Positions 38,401 through 50,400 of a DNA stretch of 64,000 bases are shown here, one piece after another (within the stretch, counting starts at the first letter, position 1; each line of letters begins with the position of its first letter). The position numbers and the translations under genes are program-made. Under the pieces are notes generated by a model, which did no database searches, had not been told where the DNA came from, and saw only the letters and a list, made by a program, of their open reading frames with translations. The stretch spans positions 29,397,411 through 29,461,410 of the forward strand of contig CP154954.1 of assembly GCA_039621445.1 (NCBI GenBank). The letters run 5' to 3'. Origin of the DNA: Euglena gracilis (taxonomy: Eukaryota).

Positions 38401-41400
38401 ACCGGGGGGGGGGGCATGCTATGGCACTGCTCCCCCCCAAAAAAAGAAGCCTGCCCCTGACCCCTGTGAACCCACCCCCGACCAGCCCCTCCCCTGGACA
38501 GAAACGAGTTCTCTGAAACTCACAACTTGGGGGAGCAGTCGTAATCTGCCTCCATCCATCCACCCACCCACTTGCTGGACATCGCGCTGGGCACAAGGGA
38601 TGAGTGGCCGGGTGAAACCGATCCAGGCGTTTGCAGAAACCCAGGAGATCGCTTCACGTGACTGAATGGATTGCTGAGTAATGTGGCATTTTGGCCGGGG
38701 GGGGGGGGGAAAGAGGCCAGCGTCCTGCCACGGCACTTCGCCACATGATCCCGCGCCTCCGTGAACAGCTGCAGGCGGTCCAGGGTCGCCCCGGCATCCA
38801 CGCTCAGCCGCTCATACTCCTGTAGCGTGGCCTGAGCCACGCACAGGGGCCAGGGGTGTGGGCAGTGGCATACACCGCAAGCCATCGCACAACACCCCTC
38901 AGGGTGCATCACACAATATTGGTGGAAAAAACTTGCACAAATGCTGTTGCCTTGCACACGGTCAAGGTCAACCTTTCTGTTTCAGTGAATGAGATGCAGT
39001 TGTACTTAGGATCATACAATTGCTTACCGACCCCCCCGGGGGGGGGGGCACTCCACTTTTTTAAAAACCAGTCAGTCACTCATTTTCAAAACGCCAGCCA
39101 GTCACTACCCCCCCCCCCCGGGGGGTTGGGGGTCGGCCACTCAGAAAAACGGCCACTTTCCAGTCACTTTAGGCCATTTTTGGCCCAAAAAATTTTTCCG
39201 GCCTTCGGCGCCGGGGTCACTCAAGCCACTTTTGCCCACTCCTGGCCGACCCCCCCCGGGGGGGGAGGGGGTCCGGGCCAAAAACCAGTCAGTCACTCTA
39301 CCGTCAGCGGGGCTACCACCGCTCGACGGTGCCCTATCCTCTGTGGGATGAGGTGGTAACCACTTTGTGGTGAACGGGTGCACAGCCGGTAGCGTTGTAT
39401 CTTTACCTGTCCTGCCTGTTCCTTCTTATCCCTCCCCCTTCTCGCTCCGGAACGGCCCTTGGTGCTTGAGAAGTGTCCCAAGATTTTGGGTGGAAAATGG
39501 AGTGTCTGGCTCTTTCCCATATTGAATCTTTTGGTTGGACACGTTAAGGAATGATTGCTGCCAATCTTTCTATGTGTGCCATACGCGGGATGTGCCTATT
39601 CATGGCAGAACATATGAACTCCTGTAAGCCTAGTTGTGATAGCCATGTACGTATTGATGGCAAATCACAAAAACAAAACAAAACAAAAAAAACTTTTTTG
39701 ACAAATGATATTGACATGTCTGGTTATTGGAAAACACACACAAAAGAAACAAGCCGATAGTCCCATTGGTTATTTGTGCATGGTACGAGAAGCATGGGTT
39801 GTGACGTGTGAGTGTGTGTGTGCGCATGCATGTGTACTATTTTATATCCAATATATATATATATATATATTGATTTTTTTTCCCTCACTTCCAAAGTGAA
39901 TGCCTTTTTTTTTTATCCTGTCCCTTCCCATCTCAAAATGACGTTGGAAGATGGTTAACCCACTGGAATGTGTATGACCATCTTCATTTACGTATGTTTG
40001 GGCTTGCCAAATCTTGAAAAGGAAAACATAAGAGGATGTCTTTCTTCTGGCTCCATTTTCTATGTCCAGCTTGCTTATTTTTTATTTTATTTTATATTGG
40101 TTTTCTTATTTTATATTATTTTTTTATTTTATTTTCCTTCCCCATTCGTGTTTTCTCTGTCCAGGGATCCTCACACGTCCGTGCTGGCCGAGGCCAAAAT
40201 GTATCCGTGATTTTCTGTGAATTTCCGTGATTTTCCGTGAATTTCCGTGAATTTCCTGTTTCCGGAAAAGGTCAAAGGCCACATTCCATTCTGCACTGGA
40301 GCCATATTTGGGCGGTTGTGGCAGCAGATCGTTTCTCCATAATATAGTCCTGGAGATCCCCCAGTTCCTATTCACACCTGTATATGAAAAAAAAAACGTA
40401 CAGGAGGGGAAAAAACAACCTTTTGTCCTTGAATTTTTTTTTGATTGCCCCTAAATGGGTTGCCAAAACCCTGTCAGCAGACCGATATAGCGATTGACCC
40501 TTCCGCATGCAGCCTGGGCGGGAAGGTGGAAAGTCATAAAAACCAGACGCCCTCAACTTGTGTGTATTTTTGGAGAACACCTCTGATGCTCTCGAGGTCC
40601 AATTTTGTGACCGGGAGACCAGAATGGAGGAAAACGGCCACAAAATCATCTGTGATTGTCTGGGTGAGGTTTCGCTTAATTCACCGACTCCCGAAAATCC
40701 AACTGCTTCAGTGGAGTGTCCTGGCTAGGAAGAAAAATTACAAAAAAATGAATTGGACGACATTGTCTGTTTGGAAAGGCAGAGAATAAGCAAAGCATCC
40801 CATCAAAATGTGTCTGCACAAACAAAACACATTCAAAGAAAGACCAATTTTTTTTCCCGAACCCTCCTCCTCATCCGTGAATTTCCGTGATTTTCCGTGA
40901 TTTCCGTGAAAATGGCCTTCCGCCCATTTCCGTGATCCTCCGTGAATTTCCGTGAATTTCCTTTTCAGGACGTGTGAGGATCCCTGCTCTGTCCATTCCC
41001 TTTCCCCATGTGTTGCAGCCATTGTTCACCCGTTTATGTTTCGGCATCTTCACAGCTCTTCCCGACAGTTTGATGGCCCACTTCACGGCATTGTCGCTGG
41101 AGGAGCAAGCCTTGGCGGCTTCCCCAAAGACAGCCTTCCCGATTATGTCAGTGGGGAAAGCACCTGACACCAACGAAGTAGTGGTGTCAGCTCGCATCTA
41201 TTCCTCAAAAAAGGAAGTGCACCGTATTCCAGCATCATCGGGACCATGCCTCTCCTCAGTAAATTACCTCTGCATTGGCCCTCCCTCTCCATTTCACTCA
41301 GAAACACACACTATCTCATATTCATATTCACACTCACACATGCGCGCCTCTCCCTCTCTCTCTCTTATCTCTTATCTCTTCTTCTGGTTTCCATTTGTTC

Positions 41401-44400
41401 TCCCGCATTTTTTTTGCATTTTTTAGTAGGGACTCACTCCACGGTTGGGCACAAAAAAAAACCCAAAAAATCCCTCCGACGTTGTGCAATAAGGTTTTTT
41501 TTGGGTTGTTGTTGTTGTTGTTGTGTTATTTAACAATTGATAAATTATTATTTATTGTAATAATAATAATAATATTATATTATTATTATATAATAATAAT
41601 AATAATATATAATATAATTATAATAATATCATTATATTACAATATTTATATACATTTTTTATATAATTTTTTTTGTTATATATGGTTTTATATATTATTA
41701 TATATTATTAGATATATTAGGTTATTATTAATTTTAAATATAATAATAATTACAGGTTTCCGCAGGGGCTGTTTCCCCCCCTTGATATGTCGACAGAAGG
41801 GAACCCTGCCCCCTGTTAGGCAACCTTAAGTGGCCCTCCACAGCATGGATGACCAACACACCTGCTAGATGAAAAAGTTATGAGCGTGTTCACGAGGTAA
41901 GACCGGAATGATTTTCTTTTTCTCCCCCTCTGAGAGTTGATGTATGGGCCGGATTACTTCGCTCCATCAGTCTTTGGTGGCCCATGATCACTGGCGCTTT
42001 ACCAGCAACCAGCATGGCCACTCTCCATAAGGGTTTGCCAGCTCTGGGAGTGGAGTCTTGGAGTGATGTACTTGCTATACTCCTGATGCACTACCCAGGG
42101 TGGGATGAAGAGAAAAAACTGGTTTTTCAGGCTGAGGTTGCTGATGAGTCTCCCGACGTCGAAGTGGCCAATACACATGTTTGCCTGAGTTACATTGTTC
42201 TGTTTATTCCCCCCCCTAAGCTTGAATGTATTTCGTACATAGGTTATGTATGTAGTGTGGGATTGCTTGTTGTTATCTTGTTTGCTTGTATGTTCCCCGT
42301 TTTCCCCTTGAGGACAACAAAAGCCATCCCATTTCCAAAAAAAAAACGGATAAACAAAACGAGTCTGTCCAATCGCATTTCTGGATACTCCACACAAATT
42401 TCTTTTTCCAATTTTGTGTTGTCTCTCAACACAAGGGTGAGCTTCATATACAATATAATTAGTTGTTGTTCTTTTTTCCATCAATGCATATATAAATTTA
42501 TTGTTACTAGCAGTATCATTAGGTTTAGTATTATCTTTGTATTCTCATACTGATGATTTATGATCGTATTTGCAGTTTTTATTCTACAGTTCTTCAACAC
42601 CACACAGTTTACATATTTGAGCTCAATCTAGATTGTGTCAATCTAGAGAGTTTTTCTCTGCCATGCATCCTCCCTTTCTGGTTTTCTTTTCCTTTTTTCT
42701 TTGTTTTTTTTAAGCTACAACGAATGAAGTTTTCGATGGGTTTAGTCAAACATTTGGCAAAAATACCTGCTGAATCTGCCCCATGAACAATTTATGAAAC
42801 TGATTTTGAATGGCAGTGGCAAGGAGAAAGAGAAAGACAAAGATCGACCGAAGACCAAACTTTTGATGCTGATCATATGGTATGCGGTGTACAGTTGGGT
42901 ATCCAGATCATTGAACAAGCAACCGGTGTATGGGTTGAAGATCTCTGAAGATGAGAGTGTTCCAGATTCTCCTTTGAGCCCTGAGGATTGGGCCAAGCTC
43001 GTCAAGGCTGTGGTTCAGCAAGTCAAGGCTCCGCCAGATTGTCCAGGGGTGCTCTCTCATTTTTTGGTTGGAAGGGTTCGTTTGATTATTGTTTTAATTT
43101 ATAAAAAAAAAAAGAAAAACCAAATCGATTTTTTTTTATTGCCTGCGTTGTTTCAGCAAAAACCTGACACTAGGGGGGTCCCCCCCTACTTCCCATGCCT
43201 TCTCCTCTTTTCCCGAGCATTTTATTGGGGACTCAACGACCAGATTGATTCAGGTGGTGGGTGCCTCAGGTTGTGTTTGCCATAAAATGCTTTTTTTTTC
43301 GTGATCAGAGAGAATATGTCTGTTCCTGGGAGAAGGTGATGAAGCCGCAAGATAGATCATCCATTTCTGCGGTGGCTTCGGGTGCCTCTTGGCGGTCGCT
43401 TCTGCTTCCCTCGAGTCCCGCTCTGTCTAGTTCTTGTCTGGTTTTTTCCTTTTTTTTTGGTCACACTCTAATGTTTGATACAGTTATGTTGTGGTGGGGG
43501 GAACCATTAAGTTTATCACGTTTGTCTGCTTAGAGGAAAAGCATACCAAAACACAAGAAGTAATGAAGATGAGAGCCACTTATAGGTGTAAATAGCAAAG
43601 AGCTTGTCTGCAGACTTGCCCCTTTGCTAGAGTTGCTAGAGATGGCTAGGGAGTTACTGGAATTTGCATGCTTTTGTTTATTCTTTCTACTCTATGAGTG
43701 CATTCGGTTTGCCATCGTTTAGTAGGGTTATTGTGGGGGTACTGCACTTTTTCTTTTTGGGAGCTTGACAGCATTTGGCATTCAAGTTTCATGTGTGTCC
43801 ACTATGGACACAATTTTAGAGGAGGTCTTGTTTTTACCTGACATCATTGTACCTCAAGCCAGTGCGGCATTGAGAGAGCTTCTCATCGAACATCAAGCCG
43901 GATCCTCGAACCTGCGCGCTCTTGATGGCATCCGCCTTCTGCAACAACTTCAGATCGCGCTTCGACAAGTGTGGTCCAAGGTCACCACCAGCCAACGTTT
44001 GGCGCTGCTTCGCATACTTGTTCTTCCTATCGGTTTATTCTTTAAAGTTTCCCATATCTATTGATCAGTCTCTTTTGGGCACACATATACCCCCCATCTG
44101 TGAGGAAGTGTGGTGGAGCCAGTGAAATCCCGGACATACGGACATGGCAAAAACGTCATGGGAGGGGGGGGGCACACTATCCTCTCGACCAACGGCCGTG
44201 CTCAAGTTTTTTTTTTATTTCATTATTTATGTACTCCATTTTATTTGCGGCTGTTTCGTTCAGATTTTTTGTAAGAATTTAACAAGGCACATATTGCAGT
44301 TTCCAAAAAAAGCATGGGGTTTTTTTAAGACAAAGGAGGATACATATGAGTGGAAAAGCAAAGGCATGTGGTCATTTTAAGAATACCGTTTACCGTTGAA

Positions 44401-47400
44401 AAAGTGTTTCTGCAAATATGTTTAATCTTCCTTGAAGTGTCAAGTTCAAGGCTTTGGATTTCATTTTTATCAACCTGGTTTTTTTATTGCGGCTGTCGTT
44501 TTTCTTGGTTCTTCTTTTTTTGTTTTATTATATGGCATCCGGTTTTTGCGGTTTTTCTTTTGGGAAGGGCAGGATACAATAATTGAGTGTGTAAAGTAAA
44601 GTAGTCGAGGTGGTGCAGGTTGAGCTTTTAAGAAAATATTTTTCGTTTTTTACCGTTAATAGGCTGTTTGAAAAAGAAAATATTTTTCGTGTTTTACCGT
44701 TAATAGGCTGTTTGAATCCTTTCCTTTGCCACCTTACAAAGGTTTGTCGGTCCACAGTGGGTGTAGTTTAGGGTCAAGGGCATTGTGATGATCATTTATT
44801 TGGTTTTTTTTGGTTTTTATTTGTTTGTTTTTTTTTTCTATTTGGTTGTTGGTCTTGTTTTTGGAACCCGATGCAACCTGGTTTCCAACATGGGACTTCG
44901 GTGGGTTGCACTCTGTTGTTGATCTTCCTACGCTTCGGGCTGCTTTACTGGGCCTGGTCAGAGGGATTTCCTCAAAAACCCAATTAAAAGCCTTCCAAAG
45001 GCTTGTGGAGGAGCATCTTAGGAAACAACTTCCCTCTACGTCTGCAGACCACAGCGTTCAGGCTTTATGTTAGGTTAATTTTAAGTTTCTGTTTGTTTGT
45101 TGCGTTTTCCCCCTCCCCCCCCCCATTTTCGTTGTTCTTATCTCTCTCTTGTTTTCTAATTTTTTGTTTTTTTTTTTTTTTTTTTTTTTTTTTTATTTAT
45201 GGAGCCTGCTGAACCTGATTGGTTTCTGCAAGGTGAGCCCACAACGCTGTCCCATCTTCTCCAATCCTCCTCGACTCTCACGGGAGCTACAGAGAGTCCT
45301 CGTGTTGCTCCCACCGAAGGACAGGAGCGTCCCAAGCCCTCATGGACCGTCAGACCGCTGGAAGAGCAGCAGGGCTCCGTGGTCCGTGTTTTGAATTTAT
45401 CTCGTCAGTTCAGTCCCATGGCGTACACAGAAGCTTTGAGGGAGGTTTTGGATTCTATGGATGTGGTCACGCCAATGAACGTTGATCGTGGTTTTTGTCA
45501 CGTCACGATTCCATGTTATAAATATCGCGAGTTATTTCGGACTTCTGACATGGCGGAAGTGAAGTTGGCTTCTGGGTTATCTTTCAGAATCCGTGGGCGC
45601 ACTCCAGAAGGGGAACCTTACATCGATTTTCGGAGTTCCGCCGCGAAAAGACCCAGGATCGAGGCCGGATCCCGTCCACTTCTCTCGCCCACTTCGTCAA
45701 CACCAGTACTAGCACGTGTTGGTGTGCATCCCATCCCGAGTCCCCCTCCGACTCCGCCGTCATTCTCACGTTCCACGGTTGACTCTTTCGCGAGTTCGCC
45801 TTTCGCCAAATTACCAGCCTCTTTGGATGATATCATGCCGGTTTTCACACATTATGCTCCTGATGTTGGTCGTTTCTACAATTGGTTGTGGATCCCTCCT
45901 CTTCCTCCGGCAGCCTACATCCCCCAGGATTTCCTTCGTCTTTTTGGCCCCGCCATAATCAGCACAAATAATCAGGTCAAAGTTGATTTCCTCAAAGAAA
46001 TAGTGCAGAGATTGGATTGTGTGGACAACCATGGTTTCTATTTTGAAAAGACCTGCGATGCCAAGGGATGTTGGAATTGCGGGTCTGTTTTTTCGGCTGA
46101 TAGTTTGTGTCCGGGCTGTTTGAGTAGTTCGTTTTTCTATATTCCGTGCGACACACAAACAAAATCCTTAATGGGTAATGTGGATGGGTCGGATGCTTTG
46201 AAATTCATCCTCAAAGGGCTGCAACAGACCTCAGCCACTTGGTCCACCATGTTGTCGTCGGTGGCGAGCAAATGGGCTAAAATTCTCCTTAGCAGGCCTC
46301 GCCTTCTGTCGACGGGTGGGGTCTACGTGTCCCCTCCTATCATCAATGATGATGCCTTTTTGGTGTTCTTTTCGATTCCCAAGGATATGCCTCCTCCTCC
46401 CAATTTTCCCATCCCTCCCCTGACCAATGAGGAAGTGCGGTGCATATACTCTTCTTTGTGCTCACAATGTGGAAGGCCCAAGGCAGAAAACATCAAAATT
46501 CTGACAAACACACTGCCTTTTTTTGTCAAGAGTGCGTTGTGCATCCGTTTGGATAAGGGACAAACTTCTGCCAACAAAGTTTTTGCTCAACAGTCTCGTT
46601 GGAATCCTTATGGTCTTCCCCTGGAATTTGTGTTACCAGTCACTCCTCGTTTTTCGTTTGACTGCAACCCGGAACAGCCACCGCCCCCTGATCTCAGGTT
46701 TTGGGTGAAGGAATTGGATGCAAAACTGCCCCCGCTTGTTGATGTCACCAATACTCGAAATCCTGGTTGTTGGAGGATCATGGATTTGAATTGTGGGGGT
46801 GGTTCCTCGCTACCTGCGGTTTGTGATTTGATGTCACTTTTGGATCCAGACTTCATTTTTCTTCAGGAATTGTGGGAGACCGACCCTCGGGACGAGATTG
46901 CTTTTCGCCGATATGTTATATTCCTCAGTGCATTCCGTGATCGTGGTCAAGGCTTGTGTATTATGGTGCATCGAAGGGTGTTGTGTCCCAATTCTGCATC
47001 GAGATCCTCCCCTATGATTCTCCATGATTGTAGATCTTGGTTAGCTCTGGGGTTTCACGTGGGTTCTTCATCTTTCCTTTTGATCAATGTGCATCTTGAC
47101 CCTTCTTTCAACATGAAACAAAAGGTGGAGGAAATGCATTTGATGGGTGCCTTGATTCATAAGTCCAAAGCAGGCTGTCTGGTGGCGGGTGATTTCAACA
47201 TACACCGGACAGCACATTCGTTGATGGAACACTCAACACGTGCTTTCGGTGTCCCGGGTTTGAGGATACCGTATCCTATGGGGCTCCACACAAATCACAC
47301 ACGAGCAGGTAATCGGCTTTCCGACACAGAGATTGATTATATATATGCAAGTGATTTTTTCCCCCTCAAGTGGCATGGCCTGATTCCGGGTCCGTCTTCC

Positions 47401-50400
47401 CATGATTGTGTGGTTAACGACCTCATTATACCACATGTTTTTTCTAATTCTCCTTCCTGGAAGAGGTATCAGTTTGCTAATGTCCCCGCTTCAAAAATTC
47501 AACAGGTGGCAATACTTTTGTCATTTTTCTGGTTTTGGTTGCGTGGTCAAGGTGCACATCCCAATTTGTGGCTCCGTGTTTACTGGTTTTTGGCTGATAG
47601 AGTTTTTGCTCCCTATGATCAACACTCCTCGGCTAAGTCTCTCATACAATTGGGGTTGGCATGTGCCGACCGCCGCTCGAGTGATCTTCTCATGCAATGG
47701 CGGAGCAAATGTGTGGAGCATCGTTTTTTGGCTGGTTTGCAACTCAGCCATGAAGTCGCTTTGCAAATCAGCCCAACCTCCTTAACAACAAAATTGATCA
47801 ACACATGTTCCAAAAAGCCGGGGCCGTATCCCAAATTAGCTTCTGGCCGGGGGGAGGATGGGCAAACTGGCAAGACTTCGGAAGAGGAAATCATCAGTCA
47901 ATTTAAAATGTATCATGCCAATCGGGGTTTATCCATGAATGTGGGTCATTTGTATGCAGACCTTGATGTGGTATCAAATCTTCCACAGGATGATCCCTCT
48001 TTCTTTCATCTATTTGAGGCCCGTCGTGAAGGGTTATGGAACAATGATCTCATGAGTCGGCGCCTGCATCTCTTGGCTCGGCCAATGTGACGCTTTGATT
48101 CCATCCGAGGCATCACAGAGTCTCTGCGTTGCGGAGGTTCCAATGCCACTTCATTGGATTCGCTCCCCATGGCAGTTCTACAGCACTTTACCTTGGCAGG
48201 CATGGTGGCTTTGAGCCATTATGTGTTTCTTCTACGGGGTCTCCCAAAGGCTCTGAGCAATGAAGTCATTCAATTGGCCATTCCCAAGGGTGGTCCACAA
48301 CATTTGTTCACTTCCTATCGGCCCATCAAACTCGGATCCGCCATAAACCGTGTGGAGGCTGGGTCAGTTCATTTAGAGGCAAGTTTTCGCGCTGAAATGG
48401 ATGGTTCTTTCACATCCAACCTCTACTCTTATCGGAAGGAAGTGACTCCTTTTATGCTTGCCTTTGCATTAAGGTCCACAATTTTGCTGTGTTTGAAGGA
48501 AACATCAGAGGCCCACATTTTGGATGGTGATGAATCGGGAGCTTTTGATACTCCTGTTCGGGAGGATTTGGCATTGTTGGATCATATGTGGAAAGGCCAA
48601 TGTGCTTTTGGTAGTTGGGCTCATCGATTTTACGCCACCCAGAGAATTCGCCTTCTAACACATGAGGGTTTGACACAACCGATGAAGACAGGGGATGGCC
48701 TGTCACAAGGTTGCAAATTTGCCCCGACCGCTTACAACCTAATTGGCGTTGGGAGGAACATAACCTTCATGAAATCATTTCAAAGTACGTTGTGTCACAA
48801 CGGCTTACCCCTATGTGAATTTATCTATAGTGACGATCGCCGATGGGTCAGCCCCTGTGCGAATGATTTGGCTATTGCGGCACGAGTTGCGAATGCTATC
48901 TCACAGGAAGCGTGTGCAATCAATAACTTGCAAAAAATGAAGTATGTTGCTTTGAAACGCTGTGCTGATGGTTCCATTTGTACTTTTCGAACCGAAGTTG
49001 CCATCAATGATCAGTGGGTGCAGTCTGTGTGTGAAATTCCTTTGATGGTGGGGTTATCAATGCAACCAGGTGCTATAAATCCTTCCCTACTCCCCAGAAT
49101 CAAAATTCGCTTACAAAAATTGCGGCAATTCATAAAGAAATTGAATCCAAATTTCCTGTTGACTTTACGTTGTACAATAGCGTATGCGATATCAATACTG
49201 GATTATTCCTCCCGGGGCTGTTTTGTTCCATCATCAATTTTGATGAAAGTACAACCTTTCCTTAATCAAGTAATAAGTGCATGCCTTTCCTTCCCCCCAG
49301 ACACCCCCATTTCACTGATGACTCTCCCCATGGCACATTTTGGTTGGGGCTTTCCAAATGTGACTCATCGAGCCCGACTCCAATTTATTTTGGGTTACTT
49401 CGAAGCAATCGATGGTAGGAACAATTTGTGTAGATTCGTGATGCGTCAATCTAGGGATGACTCCGGTGTGCAGAGTGACTATGCTTTGATTCGTTCTTTA
49501 TTTACCCAATATGATCTCTCCGAGGTTGTTCCAGCCTCATTTTTTTCCCCATGCCTACCCAGCCTTTGCCTTTCACTTCAGCATGCCTCCGTACTATATA
49601 TCACAACGGATGCTTCGCTAGTCTCTCTGCAGGATGGTGTGTTCGATCTTCAACGAGCGGGGTTGGGTGTTGTCATCACGGATGGCATTGTTTATCAAGA
49701 GATCTCGTGGGGGTTCTGTTCCGTGGCAGCTTGTTCCACTGATCTGGAATGGATGGGGAAGCTTTTGGCAGTTTGGTTGGTGCGCTTCTTCCGGGGCAAG
49801 ATAGTACTGTTGTGTGACAACTCATCCGTACAACTTTGCAACTTCACACAATGGGTGAAAGTCTCTCCTTGGGTGGACCGTTGGGCAAAGATGATTTTGG
49901 GTTTGCCGGTTTGGGATCATATCACGGAGGGGTGGCTTCAGGCGGAACACGATTCACTCTCTCAAGGATTGGCATGTTCGTGGCAGAAACGGGCAGATTA
50001 TTTGGCTGGTTGGGGCTCAACTCATGTGGAATCGGCTGGTTTCCCTTTGGCTGATATGCTCTCTTCTCTGGCGGACCCCCCCTTTCCTTTGTTTTGGATG
50101 GAAGGCTTGATCGTTTCCTTGAAGAGATTTGTGACCAAGCTCTACGAACTGTGCACTTTCCGTGATTCAGTCGCTTTCGCCACCCTGAATGCTGGTGCCT
50201 TTGTCGTCTGATTTGGAAAAAGTTGGTTTTATCAAGTGATGTTCCATTGGTCATGCACAAAGTGGCAGCCTACCTGCGTGCTGTGCCCTTTTTGTCTCGG
50301 AGTGCTCATTACAATGTGGAATGTCGGTTTTGTCATGCCGAGGTCGGTTTTTTGCCCAGGCACATTGTTGGATGTGTGGGATTGTATGAAGTATTGATCA

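Noticed and set aside
48088-48090. Alternative genetic code with TGA as sense
   Set aside because: Host genes APC4 and FYVE end in TGA at the expected C-termini, so a point mutation or local readthrough is simpler.
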